A DNA stretch of 36,677 nucleotides. It comes from Phoronis australis. Lineage: Eukaryota > Animalia > Phoronida. Each line of letters starts with the position of its first letter. The stretch's first letter is position 1. Location of the stretch: the NCBI GenBank assembly GCA_002633005.1, contig NMRA01000092.1, positions 483,940 to 520,616 on the forward strand, written 5' to 3'. Below the pieces are notes generated by a model. The model did no database searches. It worked only from the letters and a program-made list of their open reading frames with translations, and was not told the DNA's origin. Shown in pieces: positions 10,521 through 22,067 of this stretch. A program made the position numbers and the translations under genes.

Positions 10521-11294
10521 ATGGCTCTATTGAAAAAAGCACTAAAATTCTTATTTAGCACACGGTATGACGATGGAAAAAAAAACAGATTAAGAAAGTA
10601 TTACACTCTATATTAGCTTTGTTTCTGGTATGCAGATGTCATAACATTTGGCAAGTTTCCATTGTTATGATAGAAAAATGATTATTGATGACAATATTAT
10701 TTTTGAGCAAAATCATGAAGAATTGGCATTGTTCAATGAAGTGAACAATCACTGTTGCTATTGAATATAGACTAGTTCTAGTCATCAAAACATAATTACA
10801 TTGTTGCTCACATCAGCTTTGAAGTCATTTTGCAAATTATGGTTCACAGAACACGACACACAATTCTTCGTGCTAAGAGAATGTTGGTTGTTGTTCAGCC
10901 TTGACTTGCCATTTTGGCAATTTAGAATAACGATTTCCTCCTTGTTAAATTACTGTAATTCCACGCAGTAAAACTTGTCATTGTGAAACATAGTACCATA
11001 AAATCTCTAATTTGGGACACAATATGGCAATTGAAATTTATTAGGTTTTCATTTTTTAAGTTGCACCAAATAAATGCTTTAACATTTCAAAGGTCTATGC
11101 TGTACCTACCTTCAGTCGATATTTTTGAGAAATTGTGGACATGTGAAGCGATGTTGGAAGCTTGAAAAATAAGGAAAGGAAAAATTTGCATTTATTTTTG
11201 TCCAACATTGGAGAGATTTTACCTCACGTGGTGTAGACACTAAAATATTCATGTAGTAATAGGCAACAGCTGACTTGACAGAGCTTATGTACAG

Positions 11295-11502
11295 TTTCAG
11301 CCAAATACAGGGTTCAACTCTATGTCAGGAACTTGAACATAGAGGATGTGTTTGTTGACAACCGTCTGAAGACTATACGTGATGCAGTCTACACGCATTG
11401 GCCAGGAGGTGGTGACGTCTTTGTGACACGTGTGTCTACGTACCAAGACATGGGCCATCGAATCCCTATACCATCATACATTGGTGAAGTTGTCAAAAAC
11501 GG
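11295..11502 (+). CDS. SGCE: alpha/epsilon-sarcoglycan exon 5 ((V)SAKYRVQLYVRNLNIEDVF...HWPGGGDVFVTRVSTYQDMGHRIPIPSYIGEVVKN); alternative in-frame acceptor at 11301
   Basis: Open frame in phase 1-2 with donor GG|GTAATA. YRVQLYVRNLNIEDV resembles YQAEFFIKNMNVEEM, and GHRIPIP resembles GGRVPLP (recalled). The start is either 11295 or 11301. Confidence 0.92.
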
Positions 11503-12554
11503 GTAATATAAAGATTTTATTTTAAAGAGGAACATTATGGTTATTGGTGATACGTTTAATAAAAAAGACGGATTCCTGATTGTGTTGGAGATATATTTCT
11601 CTGTGTTGGTTATTTTTTCCTGGTGGGTATTTGCTATTCATGGAATTGTAGAAAGAAACGTGATTGTTCCAGGGAAAGGCCAGTATTTTGATTGTGTGTT
11701 CATTTAGATTGAGCAAACACATCGTCCTACTAACAATTTAACACAGCCTTTGTCTTGTCATTTGTGTTTCCTTGACAGAAATGAATGCAGAACCAAGATA
11801 CAAGACTTTTTCTGGGAAGTCTGCGTCACTTTCTGTTGCTCCATAGATGGTAAATACATAGCAAGGGAAAAGTTATTAACACAAAAATGTCTCTCTAAAG
11901 TAACCAGGTATCTTTATTATAATTGGACATCTATATTTTACCAAAGGTAGCATCAGAAATGTGTGCTTTCTTAACTGCAATTTGTTTTTATGCGCAAATA
12001 TTCAACACCTAAATTGATTTTTTTTTTCATAATTTTATTCTTCAATAATATACATTGATAATTTTTAAAGGGTGAACAAGGAAAAGGGGCAAGGACTTTC
12101 ACTCACACACTCGCACACTCATTCACACACTTCATCATTTAATGATAATACCACTAAATAATATATGAGTTAAGTATATTACAGATATTACAGATTCATT
12201 GCATGGCTGCACTGAGGCTCTCCCACATTTTAATATTAATATTGTCGGTTCTTTTTGTTTTTGAAAATTAAATATTGAAATTTTAATATATTTTGACATG
12301 AATATTTTAAGGGCAGACCAGTCTGGATGCAAGTGCTGTTGGCTACATAAATAAATAAAATATTGGGCGATAATGATAACATAATTAATCAACAGGGAGA
12401 ATTCAGAACCCAAATGGCAAAACATGATTTCATTTTTGGTTATTCTGACTTCTTCCTAAATTGATAAGTTTGATAGTTTAACAAACTTTAAGTCACAGCT
12501 TGTGCACTTTATCAGCATTCAATTCAACGAAGAAAGTGAGCAAGCTGAATTGAC

Positions 12555-12631
12555 TAATAAACCAGCCTGTGTTTTTTTACAATTTTTAGTGCGTTTAATA
12601 AATCAGCCTGTGGTTTTTGCAATTTTTAGTG
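12555..12631. repeat. imperfect ~41-bp tandem duplication
   Basis: taataaaccagcctgtgtttttttacaatttttagtg followed by taataaatcagcctgtggtttttgcaatttttagtg. Confidence 0.85.
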
Positions 12632-13114
12632 GGCATGTTTCAACTCTTATACTTTCTTGACCAAATCTGTTGAACTTCAGTAAAAAAACATACTCATTGA
12701 GTAGCCTTCGTCACTGTGTAAAGTGTTTTCTTGACAGGCTAACTCGTTCTTGTGAGGCATTAACAGAATCTTGTATTATCCAGTCATTGAAATGAACCAT
12801 TTTAGTAAATTAATTTTGGTTATTTGATTAATTTTAAATGGTTGATTGATTAAGCTGCTGTTGAGTAACTCGCCATGTCTGGGTGTTGTGGGTGTAGAGG
12901 TTTCCTCGAATCCCAATGGCCAGAATTGGTTAAACCCTTGAAATCAAACCTTAACTGTGTTGAATGTTCCTTTTGTTGGGACATGATCGTTTTTATGGCT
13001 GAAAGACCCATTCTGGATTTGTTGTTGGACAAGATAGACTTCTTGAGGTTATTGGCTTAGACCAGAGCAATGAATAAAGTCTGCTGTATTTATGTGATTT
13101 TATAACAAATCACC

Positions 13115-13398
13115 AATTCTTACCGTTGTCTGTCGGACATTCGCGGAAATCATAAGCAGCGACTTTACCTCTTAAATGCACCTAAAATACTCTGCCACTT
13201 ATCGTGTGGGATTAACCACTACCAACAGATTGTTTGATGACCACCACACCACAGATTGTGTGTTCGAATCTGCACAGGGCAGATCTCAGAAAACCACTTA
13301 TGTGGCCGATATTTGTCATATTAAGTTACTGTTGAGGTGCTTGTCATGTCAGGATATCAAGGCGAAAGACGTTTCTTCAAATAATAATGGTAAGAATT
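13115..13398. mobile_element. small inverted-repeat-bounded element
   Basis: aattcttaccgttgt (13115) is the inverse of ataatggtaagaatt (ending 13398) with 2 mismatches. Confidence 0.4.
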
Positions 13399-13529
13399 CG
13401 GGTTAATCCCTCGTTTTTCCTGTAGCTGTATTGTTGTGCTGTGAAATCACAATCACTGATGCCTTTATGCAGATTCACGTTATTACTGACTATAGAAACA
13501 TGTCTAACAGATTTATCCTTGGTTTTCAG

Positions 13530-13698
13530 CGTATTTGTAGAAATTGGTGGAACGCAAGATTTTTCCATTGATCTAAAGAAAGTTACCATTGAAATCAAAG
13601 TTGCTAACTGTAGAGAGGGTGGGAATAGCAAGCCTCCTGTTACCATAGATACAGTCTTCAGTCCAAGCTTCCTTGTTGACTGGTGTGATTTCAAGTTG
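13530..13698 (+). CDS. SGCE: alpha/epsilon-sarcoglycan exon 6 ((G)VFVEIGGTQDFSIDL...FSPSFLVDWCDFKL)
   Basis: Acceptor ggttttcag, donor TTG|GTGAGT, 169 nt, phase 2-0. Carries the GV.V..G....FS and F.VDWC...L family motifs. The six exons sum to 735 nt (245 codons) with no stop. Confidence 0.94.
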
Positions 13699-16600
13699 GT
13701 GAGTCCTTTGTTGTTTTTGCTTAGTACTACATTAGTCTTATAGTAGCACTATCACTTAAAGTCTCAATGCACACGTTTTTGCCGATTGCCATGTGATTGT
13801 CAAAACATGTGTTTTGAATTAAGACCACTGGCTGCTATTAAAGTAATCTCAAAATGATTTTTCACCACTGATAATCTCGCTGATAAAATCATTTTGTGTG
13901 CACTGATTCACAGGAAAATATTGTGTGTGCTGGATCCATAGAATAATAATTTGTCACCGACATGAACTCGTGAAGCCTCTTGACAAAAATCGTATTGTGT
14001 ACAGTGGCCTTTGATTAGATTTTGAAAGACATGATATTGAAGGCTAAACTCCGATGAATTCACTTGATGCATTGAGAGCTGAATGAGATTTAAATGTCGA
14101 CAGGCTGGTTCAGTGACTAAACATTCCTATAGATGGAGGTGCAAGGCAGTACTTTGCAGCTCTGATATTCCCATCTTAACCCACAGTTCTTTGACAATGG
14201 TGACTGTCATATGGGCTTACAACTGAACTTCACTCGAAACCAGACTACAATTGACCAATTGATCAGTTTGGAGTAAAGTTTGGTGGTAATGGCCGTGGTG
14301 TTTGTCTGCAGTTACCCATGGTAGTGCAGTCTTTCACCAGTGCCTTAACATACTCAAGCCCAACTTGGTAGAAAAACATCTCTAACTGGGTCAACTGAAA
14401 CTGAGAGCCCAGAGCTTGAGCTGTATTGTTGGGTGTTTTTTCATAATGACCTAACACTAGCTGCTGTTAATGTATAATACAGAAGTATGGTTTGATGGTG
14501 TTTATTTATCTGCTCTTATTTTTTCAAGGACACAAATTGTTACAATAGCTTATTGTATTCAAATGATAACCAATTTGGGTCAAGTGCAGCTGGGCTCTTC
14601 AATCTAATACATCTCGTCTTCCTGACTTCGACGAAAATTACGATGGCAAAAAAGTGCTCAATATGGATTGAAATTTCAGAACATGAATAAATGGATACAG
14701 GGCAATTATTCAAGCCCTCTCCGAACCTACTTATGATTGGACAGAGTGTGCCATGGGTATTCACTAGAGATGGGGTTAGTCATGGCTGGGTTTTGCAATG
14801 GAATTAACAGGCCCAAGCCAGGCCTCATAACATCAGATTATTTCCTGCAATGACCAGAGCACAATATCCCATTAGATGTAGCCAGGTCCAACAAAAGACT
14901 TGCTGTAAATGGATGCCTGCTTTACCACCAGCCTATTTGCAGCTCACTACGCACAACCCAAAAAGCATTGATTCTGTAATTGTTTTCAAGTTTGAGTGGC
15001 ATGGGGTAAAGCTTGGTGGTGACAATCCCAGGTGGGTTGTCAGACTGTCTTTTTCAGCACTAGATATTCATTAGGATGTGGAACAACGTTTTGAGGTCTG
15101 ATTAGGAAAATCGTTAAAATTTATTAAGGCGTATCCAAATAGAGTGTTGCCATCATTGCCACTTGTGTCGAGTCGTTTCCGTAATTTGTGTCGTGCGTGG
15201 CAGAATGATACTAGGTCCATAAGAACATTCAAAACCGTATTGTGAAATAGCACTCGCTAGTGTCAAGCATGTGCGAGGTAGTATGATTCAGTGCCAGTCA
15301 GCTACTCCCATGTCCTTGTTAAGACCAAATATTTGTGTTTCGAGATTTTTTGTTTGGCGAATTGGCTGTTGTAATTGTGTCCACATCAGGTACCTGATGA
15401 CACTTATACCTAGAAATAACTTAATACGCTTTGAAATATTTATTTTACGGCTGGCCTTCCTCCTTCAGGCGCATTAAAATTAGCACTTGATTTGATGGCA
15501 CCTAGCTCATATGTCTGAGTAAAAATAGCAAACTAGCTACGTGAATCAAGCTGCATAGGAAATAAAATTAACTCCATTAAATCTAAGGTAATCCTGTGTA
15601 GGAACATATATGTTGTTTAAAAATAAAACTTTCTATAATTGTCTTCATACCACTTGAGGTCAGAGTATTTCAGCTGCAAATTTTCCATAGACACGTTTTG
15701 TCTAACACAGCGTGTCATTTGCCTTAATGGACAGTCTCTCCAATTGGCGGCAGTCAAGTCTAGCATCCAATGTCTGTTTATACAACAATTGTCCAAAGCT
15801 CGTAATTATGAGAAAAATAATCACAGCAATAGTACTACTGGCGTCATAATCATGTCATAAAACACTAAAATAAATACAATGAAATTTAGTGGAGTAATTA
15901 AGTCATAGAGAGGTAATCGCAAATAGATGGTAATATTCAGATTACAAGAAGCACTAGAGTGAAGAATGGCAGTATTGACACAACATTTTACAGGTTAACA
16001 AGCTGTGATATAGTTACAACTGAAGGGATACTAAATCAAAAATTGAGCATGATGGGTCAAAATTTAGTGCACTCAAATTTGAATGTAAGGACAAGAATTC
16101 TGGGTTTTGGTCTATAGTTGTTATGCACAAACATACTTATGTGTGGGTGCATTATATGGTCATCCTCTACTGTCCTTCCAGCTGGCTGGACAACCTACAT
16201 CCATCCGGCGACTGCTATTCACTGCTGTATCTCTGAAGCCTTTTGATGGATGTTCATGAAACCTTTGTATACTTGCGTGGTGGATAGGATCTCATGACCG
16301 AATTTTTGTACGCTTCTTTCTACCGGTGTGCCCTCTTGTGGCAATTATAGTTTTTATGCGCCTGCATATTTATATGCATATTTATATGCAGGTGCATTAT
16401 GTCATTGTATCTGTCAATTTTTCCAGCATCGATGTGACGTTTATCTGGTGTCTGTCTGGCATCAGTTGCTTGATGGCTGTAATGAAATTCTGCAGTTATG
16501 TCCTTGTCACAGTCATAAACGTTTTTTCTGATTGATCCGACTTGATATCTGTCAAGTTACTATCACGTAAACAGCAGCACGGGTTCTGTTTCAGATAGAT

Positions 16601-17717
16601 TTTGCCTACGTTACACCCTCTAGTGGCCTTTCTGGTGTTCTTGTTTCCTTTTTATCTGTCCCCTATCTTCCAAATTTTTTGAAGAACTGTTATGAAAGCC
16701 GGAAGTTGTGCTCCTATTAAGGAGAGTATTTTTGATTTGCTTTGTGCTCCTAAAGGCTATTATTGAGTTTACAAGCATTGGGCTGTTTTTAGGAAGGCTT
16801 AAAATAATAGGTGCTAGGTGCTGCTCTTGTTTGAAAATTGATGCAGCATTTTTGTAACTATCCATATTTTTAAAATGAAATTTAAGTCGTCTGATCCTAG
16901 CTGAAGTAGGTTCGGGTGCTTCTTTTTCCCTAGCATCATCTGATGCCTGGTGATATGGGTTGGGATCTGTTTTCTTCCAGCTTTACCTGGTGGGTGGTAA
17001 TCCTTTTTGCTCAGTGTGAGGTCCTTTTTGCCAAGCTGTGACGCGCATGTTTCAAAATTAGTTGGACACCAACAAATCTTATAAATCAGTGGTCATTTGC
17101 AGACCAAGCTTAACGTAAGTCACAGATTTTATGCCAGTTCCAGAAATTCCCCATTGGCTGATTTGATGACAATATGTCTTAATTGCGTCTTTCCAGTCTC
17201 GTTTAAGTCAATTTTATGATCTGAGCGTAGCTAACTAAATGGATTTCAAAACTTAGTCTTTAGCTGCTAAGGAATAACTCCAATTAAAACTTTCAACCAT
17301 GGTACTGGCAGTTGCACCAATACAATGAGACTGCTTGACAAAATTGCAATATTCTTGCTGGCTTTTGAAACCGTTTATCAAAGTGGATGTTATTCAAGCA
17401 ATAAATCCCAAGTCTTAATAGTTTCCTTCTCGATTAGATGGAGATTTTGAAATCAATAACAGTAATTGCTCTGGGAAAATAGGTTTACTTTTTGAAAACA
17501 AACTGATCTTGAAGATTTTTTCACGCAAAAAGCATCGGTAAGCAACGGAGGGGATACCTAGGAAATGACATGACCTTTCACCTTGATTTTCATAAAGAAG
17601 TACATTTGCCACTCGATCTTAAAACATCGAAACTCATATTTTTCTGTTCTGTTTTGTGGAAATGCACAGAAAGAAACTTGTTCGCAAAATTGACCTCTTT
17701 TGGCCTGCGGACAACAT

Positions 17718-18115
17718 TACTATGCCTACTCGGATATAAGCCCATGGTTTTGTAGTGGAGGCACTCCACTGAATGGATAAGCCCATGGACGTGAATTGCA
17801 CGTGTGCCCAGCCCGGGGCGGGTAGGGGTGAATCACACTTTCAATGAACAGGCGCTGTCGGGATCTGCTTAACCTAGGGAGCCCACTTAGTGACTGTTCA
17901 AGTGAGAGGAGAGGTAAGAGAGCTTGGGCTTGTGTGAGAGCAGTTGGGCTTGAGCGCAAGAAAAAAAATGGAGCTTGTCACATGCCTGAGCACGAGGAAA
18001 ATTAGGTGTTGGCTCGTACCTGAGTAAGTTGCTTTTGTATGTGAAAATTAATAACCGAAACGTGGGGGATGGCTTATACGTAAGTGTGGGTGCGTATGCC
18101 TGAGCAGATACGGCA
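17718..18115. mobile_element. degraded Tc1/pogo-like (TA|CCGTA-ended) MITE
   Basis: Left tactatgcctactcggatataagccca is a degenerate inverted match to right tgggtgcgtatgcctgagcagatacggca. Internal ATAAGCC/GGCTTAT motifs repeat. Confidence 0.45.
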
Positions 18116-18548
18116 ATTGCCGGAACAGACCTTCTTACACCATTCACAAACTGGCTTAAATACCAGGGTTTTCTCTAAGCACTTTCACTTGGTAACAAAA
18201 CTGCCAGTCATGTTAGCAGTTACAATTGCCACTTTTGGTTGGGCTTTGAGTTAACCCTAAATAGCCGGTGTTTTCACCAGCACTTTTCCAGGCAGACAGC
18301 CTACTTTAAGGGTTAAGAGCTGCCTTTCTTTATTGCTGCATTTATCATTTTATGGTAGAAAGTGAACATGTTTTGATGTCAGTTTTCCTTTGAAAGCCAT
18401 ATGGGTGGTTAGGAAGAAAACTCAAAACAGCTGGCAAAATTGACCCCTTCACTAACTGCTTATCTGCTAGTATTATCACTAGTGTTTTAGCCAGTAAAAA
18501 TGTTAGGTTTTTGCCACTAATGTGAATATGGTTTTTTCTCATTCTTTT

Positions 18549-19847
18549 AGCAGACTTCGTGGAACAGAACTTAAAGGTGAAATATCAATGTTGTGTTTTT
18601 TCTTGTTGAAATAAATTTCGCCAAGAATGTTGCTCTGACACTAATTTTTTTGTTTGTTTGCACGATACAGATCACCATTTTTGTCTGATCCTCACGAAAT
18701 TTACACGCAATTTGTAGTTCTAGAAGTACTGGAAGCCTATTGTTCTTCGTCATAATCAGATTCAAGATGGCGGGCATGGCGGCCATTTTGTTTTCAATTT
18801 CAGATTCAAATGCTTGTAGAGGCTACAGCTTTTGTCCTATATGGCTGAAAATCAGTACGATCATTGGGTTAGACGTTTGCTACATGTGTGCCGGAAATCA
18901 TGTACTTCCGATTAAAGATGGCAGTAATATCGGCAGTTGCGCATGTGCTCCTCGATTTCGCGCTGAAAACATTTTCTCCTGTAGAGGGTGCATTATAGGA
19001 CCAGTTGCTTCGAAATTTTTCAGCTATTAGTTTCCTATGACAAGCTATTATTCAAGGCAGAGCAACTGGAAGTTGCTTTCAAGATGGCGGATCTGGCGCA
19101 TTTTGACCCATGTTGGGGTGCCATTTTAAACGGGAAGAGAAAATGACGTGATTTATTGCATGTGGATTCTCCGAGGTATACCCTTTCAAATGACCTGCAA
19201 CGATTTTTTTCTTAGACTTACTGTTTTTGAGTTGACTTTCAATTTTAGAAAAAATGCAAAATTTGAAAATTTTACGAAATTTTGCCAAACTATATTATTC
19301 GATAGAGTTGTAAACTTGAATTTTAGGAGAATCTGATGTTTCCATTTTTGCTAGGATGTCTGCTTTCGAATTATTCGNACTGGGGTTAGAACCAATTTTA
19401 TTTAGTGGGAATGTTCACAGCATGTTCGCGCTGAAAACATTTTCTCCTGTAGAGGGTGCATTATAGGACCAGTTGCTTCGAAATTTTTCAGCTATTAGTT
19501 TCCTATGACAAGCTATTATTCAAGGCAGAGCAACCGGAAGTTGCTTTCAAGATGGCGGATCTGGCGCATTTTGACCCATGTTGGGGTGCCATTTTAAACG
19601 GGAAGAGAAAATGACGTGATTTATTGCATGTGGATTCTCCGAGGTATACCCTTTCAAATGACCTGCAACGATTTTTTTCTTAGACTTACTGTTTTTGAGT
19701 TGACTTTCAATTTTAGAAAAAATGCAAAATTTGAAAATTTTACGAAATTTTGCCAAACTATATTATTCGATAGAGTTGTAAACTTGAATTTTAGGAGAAT
19801 CTGATGTTTCCATTTTTGCTAGGATGTCTGCTTTCGAATTATTCGAG
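18549..19847 (+). mobile_element. non-autonomous Helentron (HINE/DINE-1-like) element with its 3' part duplicated
   Basis: 5' subTIR AGCAGACTTC after a T-run, a partial inverted copy at 18625, a short TGTT microsatellite, core repeats about 150-165 bp apart (AAGATGGC at about 18764, 18915 and 19081), 3' subTIR GATGTCTGCT, and terminal hairpin TCGAAT-T-ATTCGA (19834-19846). Confidence 0.7.
18957..19845. repeat. 421-bp near-identical direct duplication (18957-19377 and 19425-19845) across a single N
   Basis: Offset is 468 bp. I saw one difference (T19067 versus C19535). There is an n at 19378 followed by 46 unrelated bp. Confidence 0.95.
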
Positions 19848-21176
19848 ATTTTCTGAAAACGCTGTTCCTTTGTTGACCAATTTTGCTACACTGTTGTAAG
19901 TTAAAACCTCCTGTTGAACGAGACTGTATCCTATTTCTCACTGATTTCTGACATCTACGTTCGTCATATGAATGTTTATCATGTTTTTGTCATCAACACC
20001 AGCATCATCTTGACCATCATCGTCGTCATCATGTCAATCTTCGTCTTTTTTCGGTTGATTTGTCCAGGTGTCGTTCCTCCGTGCGCTTTCATTTTTTCTT
20101 TTTTGTACTATGTTGGAAAATGAAATTTTGCTTGTCTGCCATGATACTGTGTCCACATGGTGATATTTTGCCGTAGTTATCAGACGACATGTGAACACTT
20201 CTTGTGGTAAAGTCAGGGAACTGCAGAGCGTGTGCGGGATGCTGAATGTTCCAGTGATATTCATTAGTGACACGTGGAACAATTCGTCGCTTGGGAAATG
20301 TAAGAAATAAATGCCGAGCGAGTCATAGCAATTATTCGGGAAAATGCGGTACAATGTAATCTATTGACTGAGTCTCTAACATACGCAGTTCAATTTCGTC
20401 TTGTGTCAAAAACGCATTTACCTATTGACTTTCCTGATAGCATGCTGTAACTAATTAATGAATTGGCAACTGTGCAGATTGTTTAATTTGATGTTTCTGC
20501 CTGCAAAATTGCTGTGCATTTATCAAGATGCATGTGTGCTCACTTCATTTCAACTCCATATTACGTGTATCCATTCCGTCTGGTTGCTTTCATGTAATGA
20601 TGGCCAAGACCTTACATGTTGTTTCTAGTGATTAGGTGAACAAACATCAGACACTACTGTTATTTTCTGAAACAGTTTTTACATCTTATCAGTCTTGGTC
20701 ATTATCTGAGATTATGTGTAAGGTGTAGTTGCATTAACTTGATTGCGTGTTTTCTTTCATTAGAAAACGAGTTTTGACTTAAAGTTGCTGAACCCGAGTT
20801 TGATGAAAAAGGTGTTTGAAATTCATATTTAATGAATTCTTTGTAATTTGTATTATGAAACAAATTTTGCTCTTTGATTCAAGGACAAATTTTCCCAAAA
20901 CTGTTTGTCCTTGTACTCTCTAACTTTAATCGTAGAAGCATTGAATTATCCCCATGAAAAATCAGATCCGCAATTATTAGGCAATGCAGCGACATGCGAT
21001 GTTGGGGATTTTTGTACAATAATGAAAGGTGATGATTTGTTCTGACGTATGTCGTGCAAAAAGTAGCATTATTTGGCAAACACAGGTCCAGCAGCTTTGT
21101 AAAAACTTACTGGTACGTTAAGGCTAAATATTAAGCTCTAGGTTTTCAGTCCTCATAAGTTGGTGGACGCAAAGCT

Positions 21177-22067
21177 TAGCATAATGTCAACTCGTCAAAT
21201 GCGACCGGGTAAAATTTCCAGGTCGCCAAACAGGAACTGGGGTCGTCAAGACAAGGAAACTTCGTGCGAAGGAGGGGGGGGGGGGGTTGCAAAAGTGNGG
21301 GGGGGGGGTTGCAAAAGTGCTGGCCTCTACAAACGGGGCAAAGTAGGCAAGAGCTTAAAAACCGGACGATCGCCGCACAAATAAAAAAGGAATTAAAGAG
21401 TCATTGGCCATTCAGAACCAGCATGCTACTGATTCTCTGAACAACATGCAGTGCTCAGTGACCCTGCAACTATAGTGGTGACTAGCTACTGACTATATTC
21501 CCTGTATCTCTCACTTCACTTTATGGATGTTACCTGAGCTGTATGTTGGCACTTGTTGTCCTAAAGTGTTGTAAATATGATCCTGATGATGTCTAGTGAA
21601 TAGACAAAACGTTGATTGAACATGAACTTTTTTATTTGTGCGGCGATCGTCCGGTTTTTAAACTTACTGTGGCCAAAAACTGATTTAATTAGGCAAGAGC
21701 TGAAAATGAAATAGTAAGTGCACATAAATGCCGGAAGTGAAAAAATAGCAAAATGTACGCCAGTTCATCCGAGATTGCCTGAACAATGTTTTTTCTCTTT
21801 TTTGTTTTTAATTGAACGGAAGTATAGGAGTCCGTTAACCAATTTCTCCCTGGTGGGCCTAGTATCCTGTGTAGACATAACAAGGTGATGGTCAGCATTA
21901 GTTACCGAGCATGACTCATACGCGGGCCCTTTGATTTTTCCCAATCTGTTCCACCTTGATTCTGCTCTTCCTGTAGTATGCATGTGGCAGTGTCGTGGCG
22001 ACCTGAGATTTTCGCCTGGTCACCAAACAAAATCTGAGGTCGTATTGGCGAGTTGGCATTAAGACTG
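21177..22067. mobile_element. hAT-like MITE with GCGACC subterminal repeats
   Basis: Left tagcataatgtcaactcgtcaaatgcgacc is an imperfect ~30-bp inverted match to right ggtcgtattggcgagttggcattaagactg. Confidence 0.65.
21355..21661. mobile_element. young nested MITE with perfect 35-bp inverted repeats
   Basis: ttaaaaaccggacgatcgccgcacaaataaaaaag (21355-21389) is the exact reverse complement of 21627-21661. Confidence 0.8.

Noticed and set aside
13195-13290. tRNA gene suggested by a GTTCGAATC B-box
   Set aside because: No cloverleaf or acceptor stem can be built. At most it is a decayed SINE head.
17750-17900. HDV-like ribozyme or structured RNA in a GC-rich patch
   Set aside because: I could not build the nested double pseudoknot. 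Only a 7-bp hairpin (17754-17770) is evident, inside a MITE-like element.
19079-19804. Duplicated identical small ORFs (69 aa and 62 aa) as tandem genes
   Set aside because: They lie within the duplicated non-coding Helentron-like repeat.
19914-20123. Hydrophobic ORF (SIILTIIVVIMSIFVFFRL) as the sarcoglycan transmembrane exon
   Set aside because: It derives from (ATC/GTC)n low-complexity DNA, has only a GAG acceptor and a weak donor, and lacks the family's Pro and MC..R motifs.
21274-21319. Tandem duplication of (G)nTTGCAAAAGTG
   Set aside because: The copies are separated by a single n at 21298, typical of an unmerged contig overlap.
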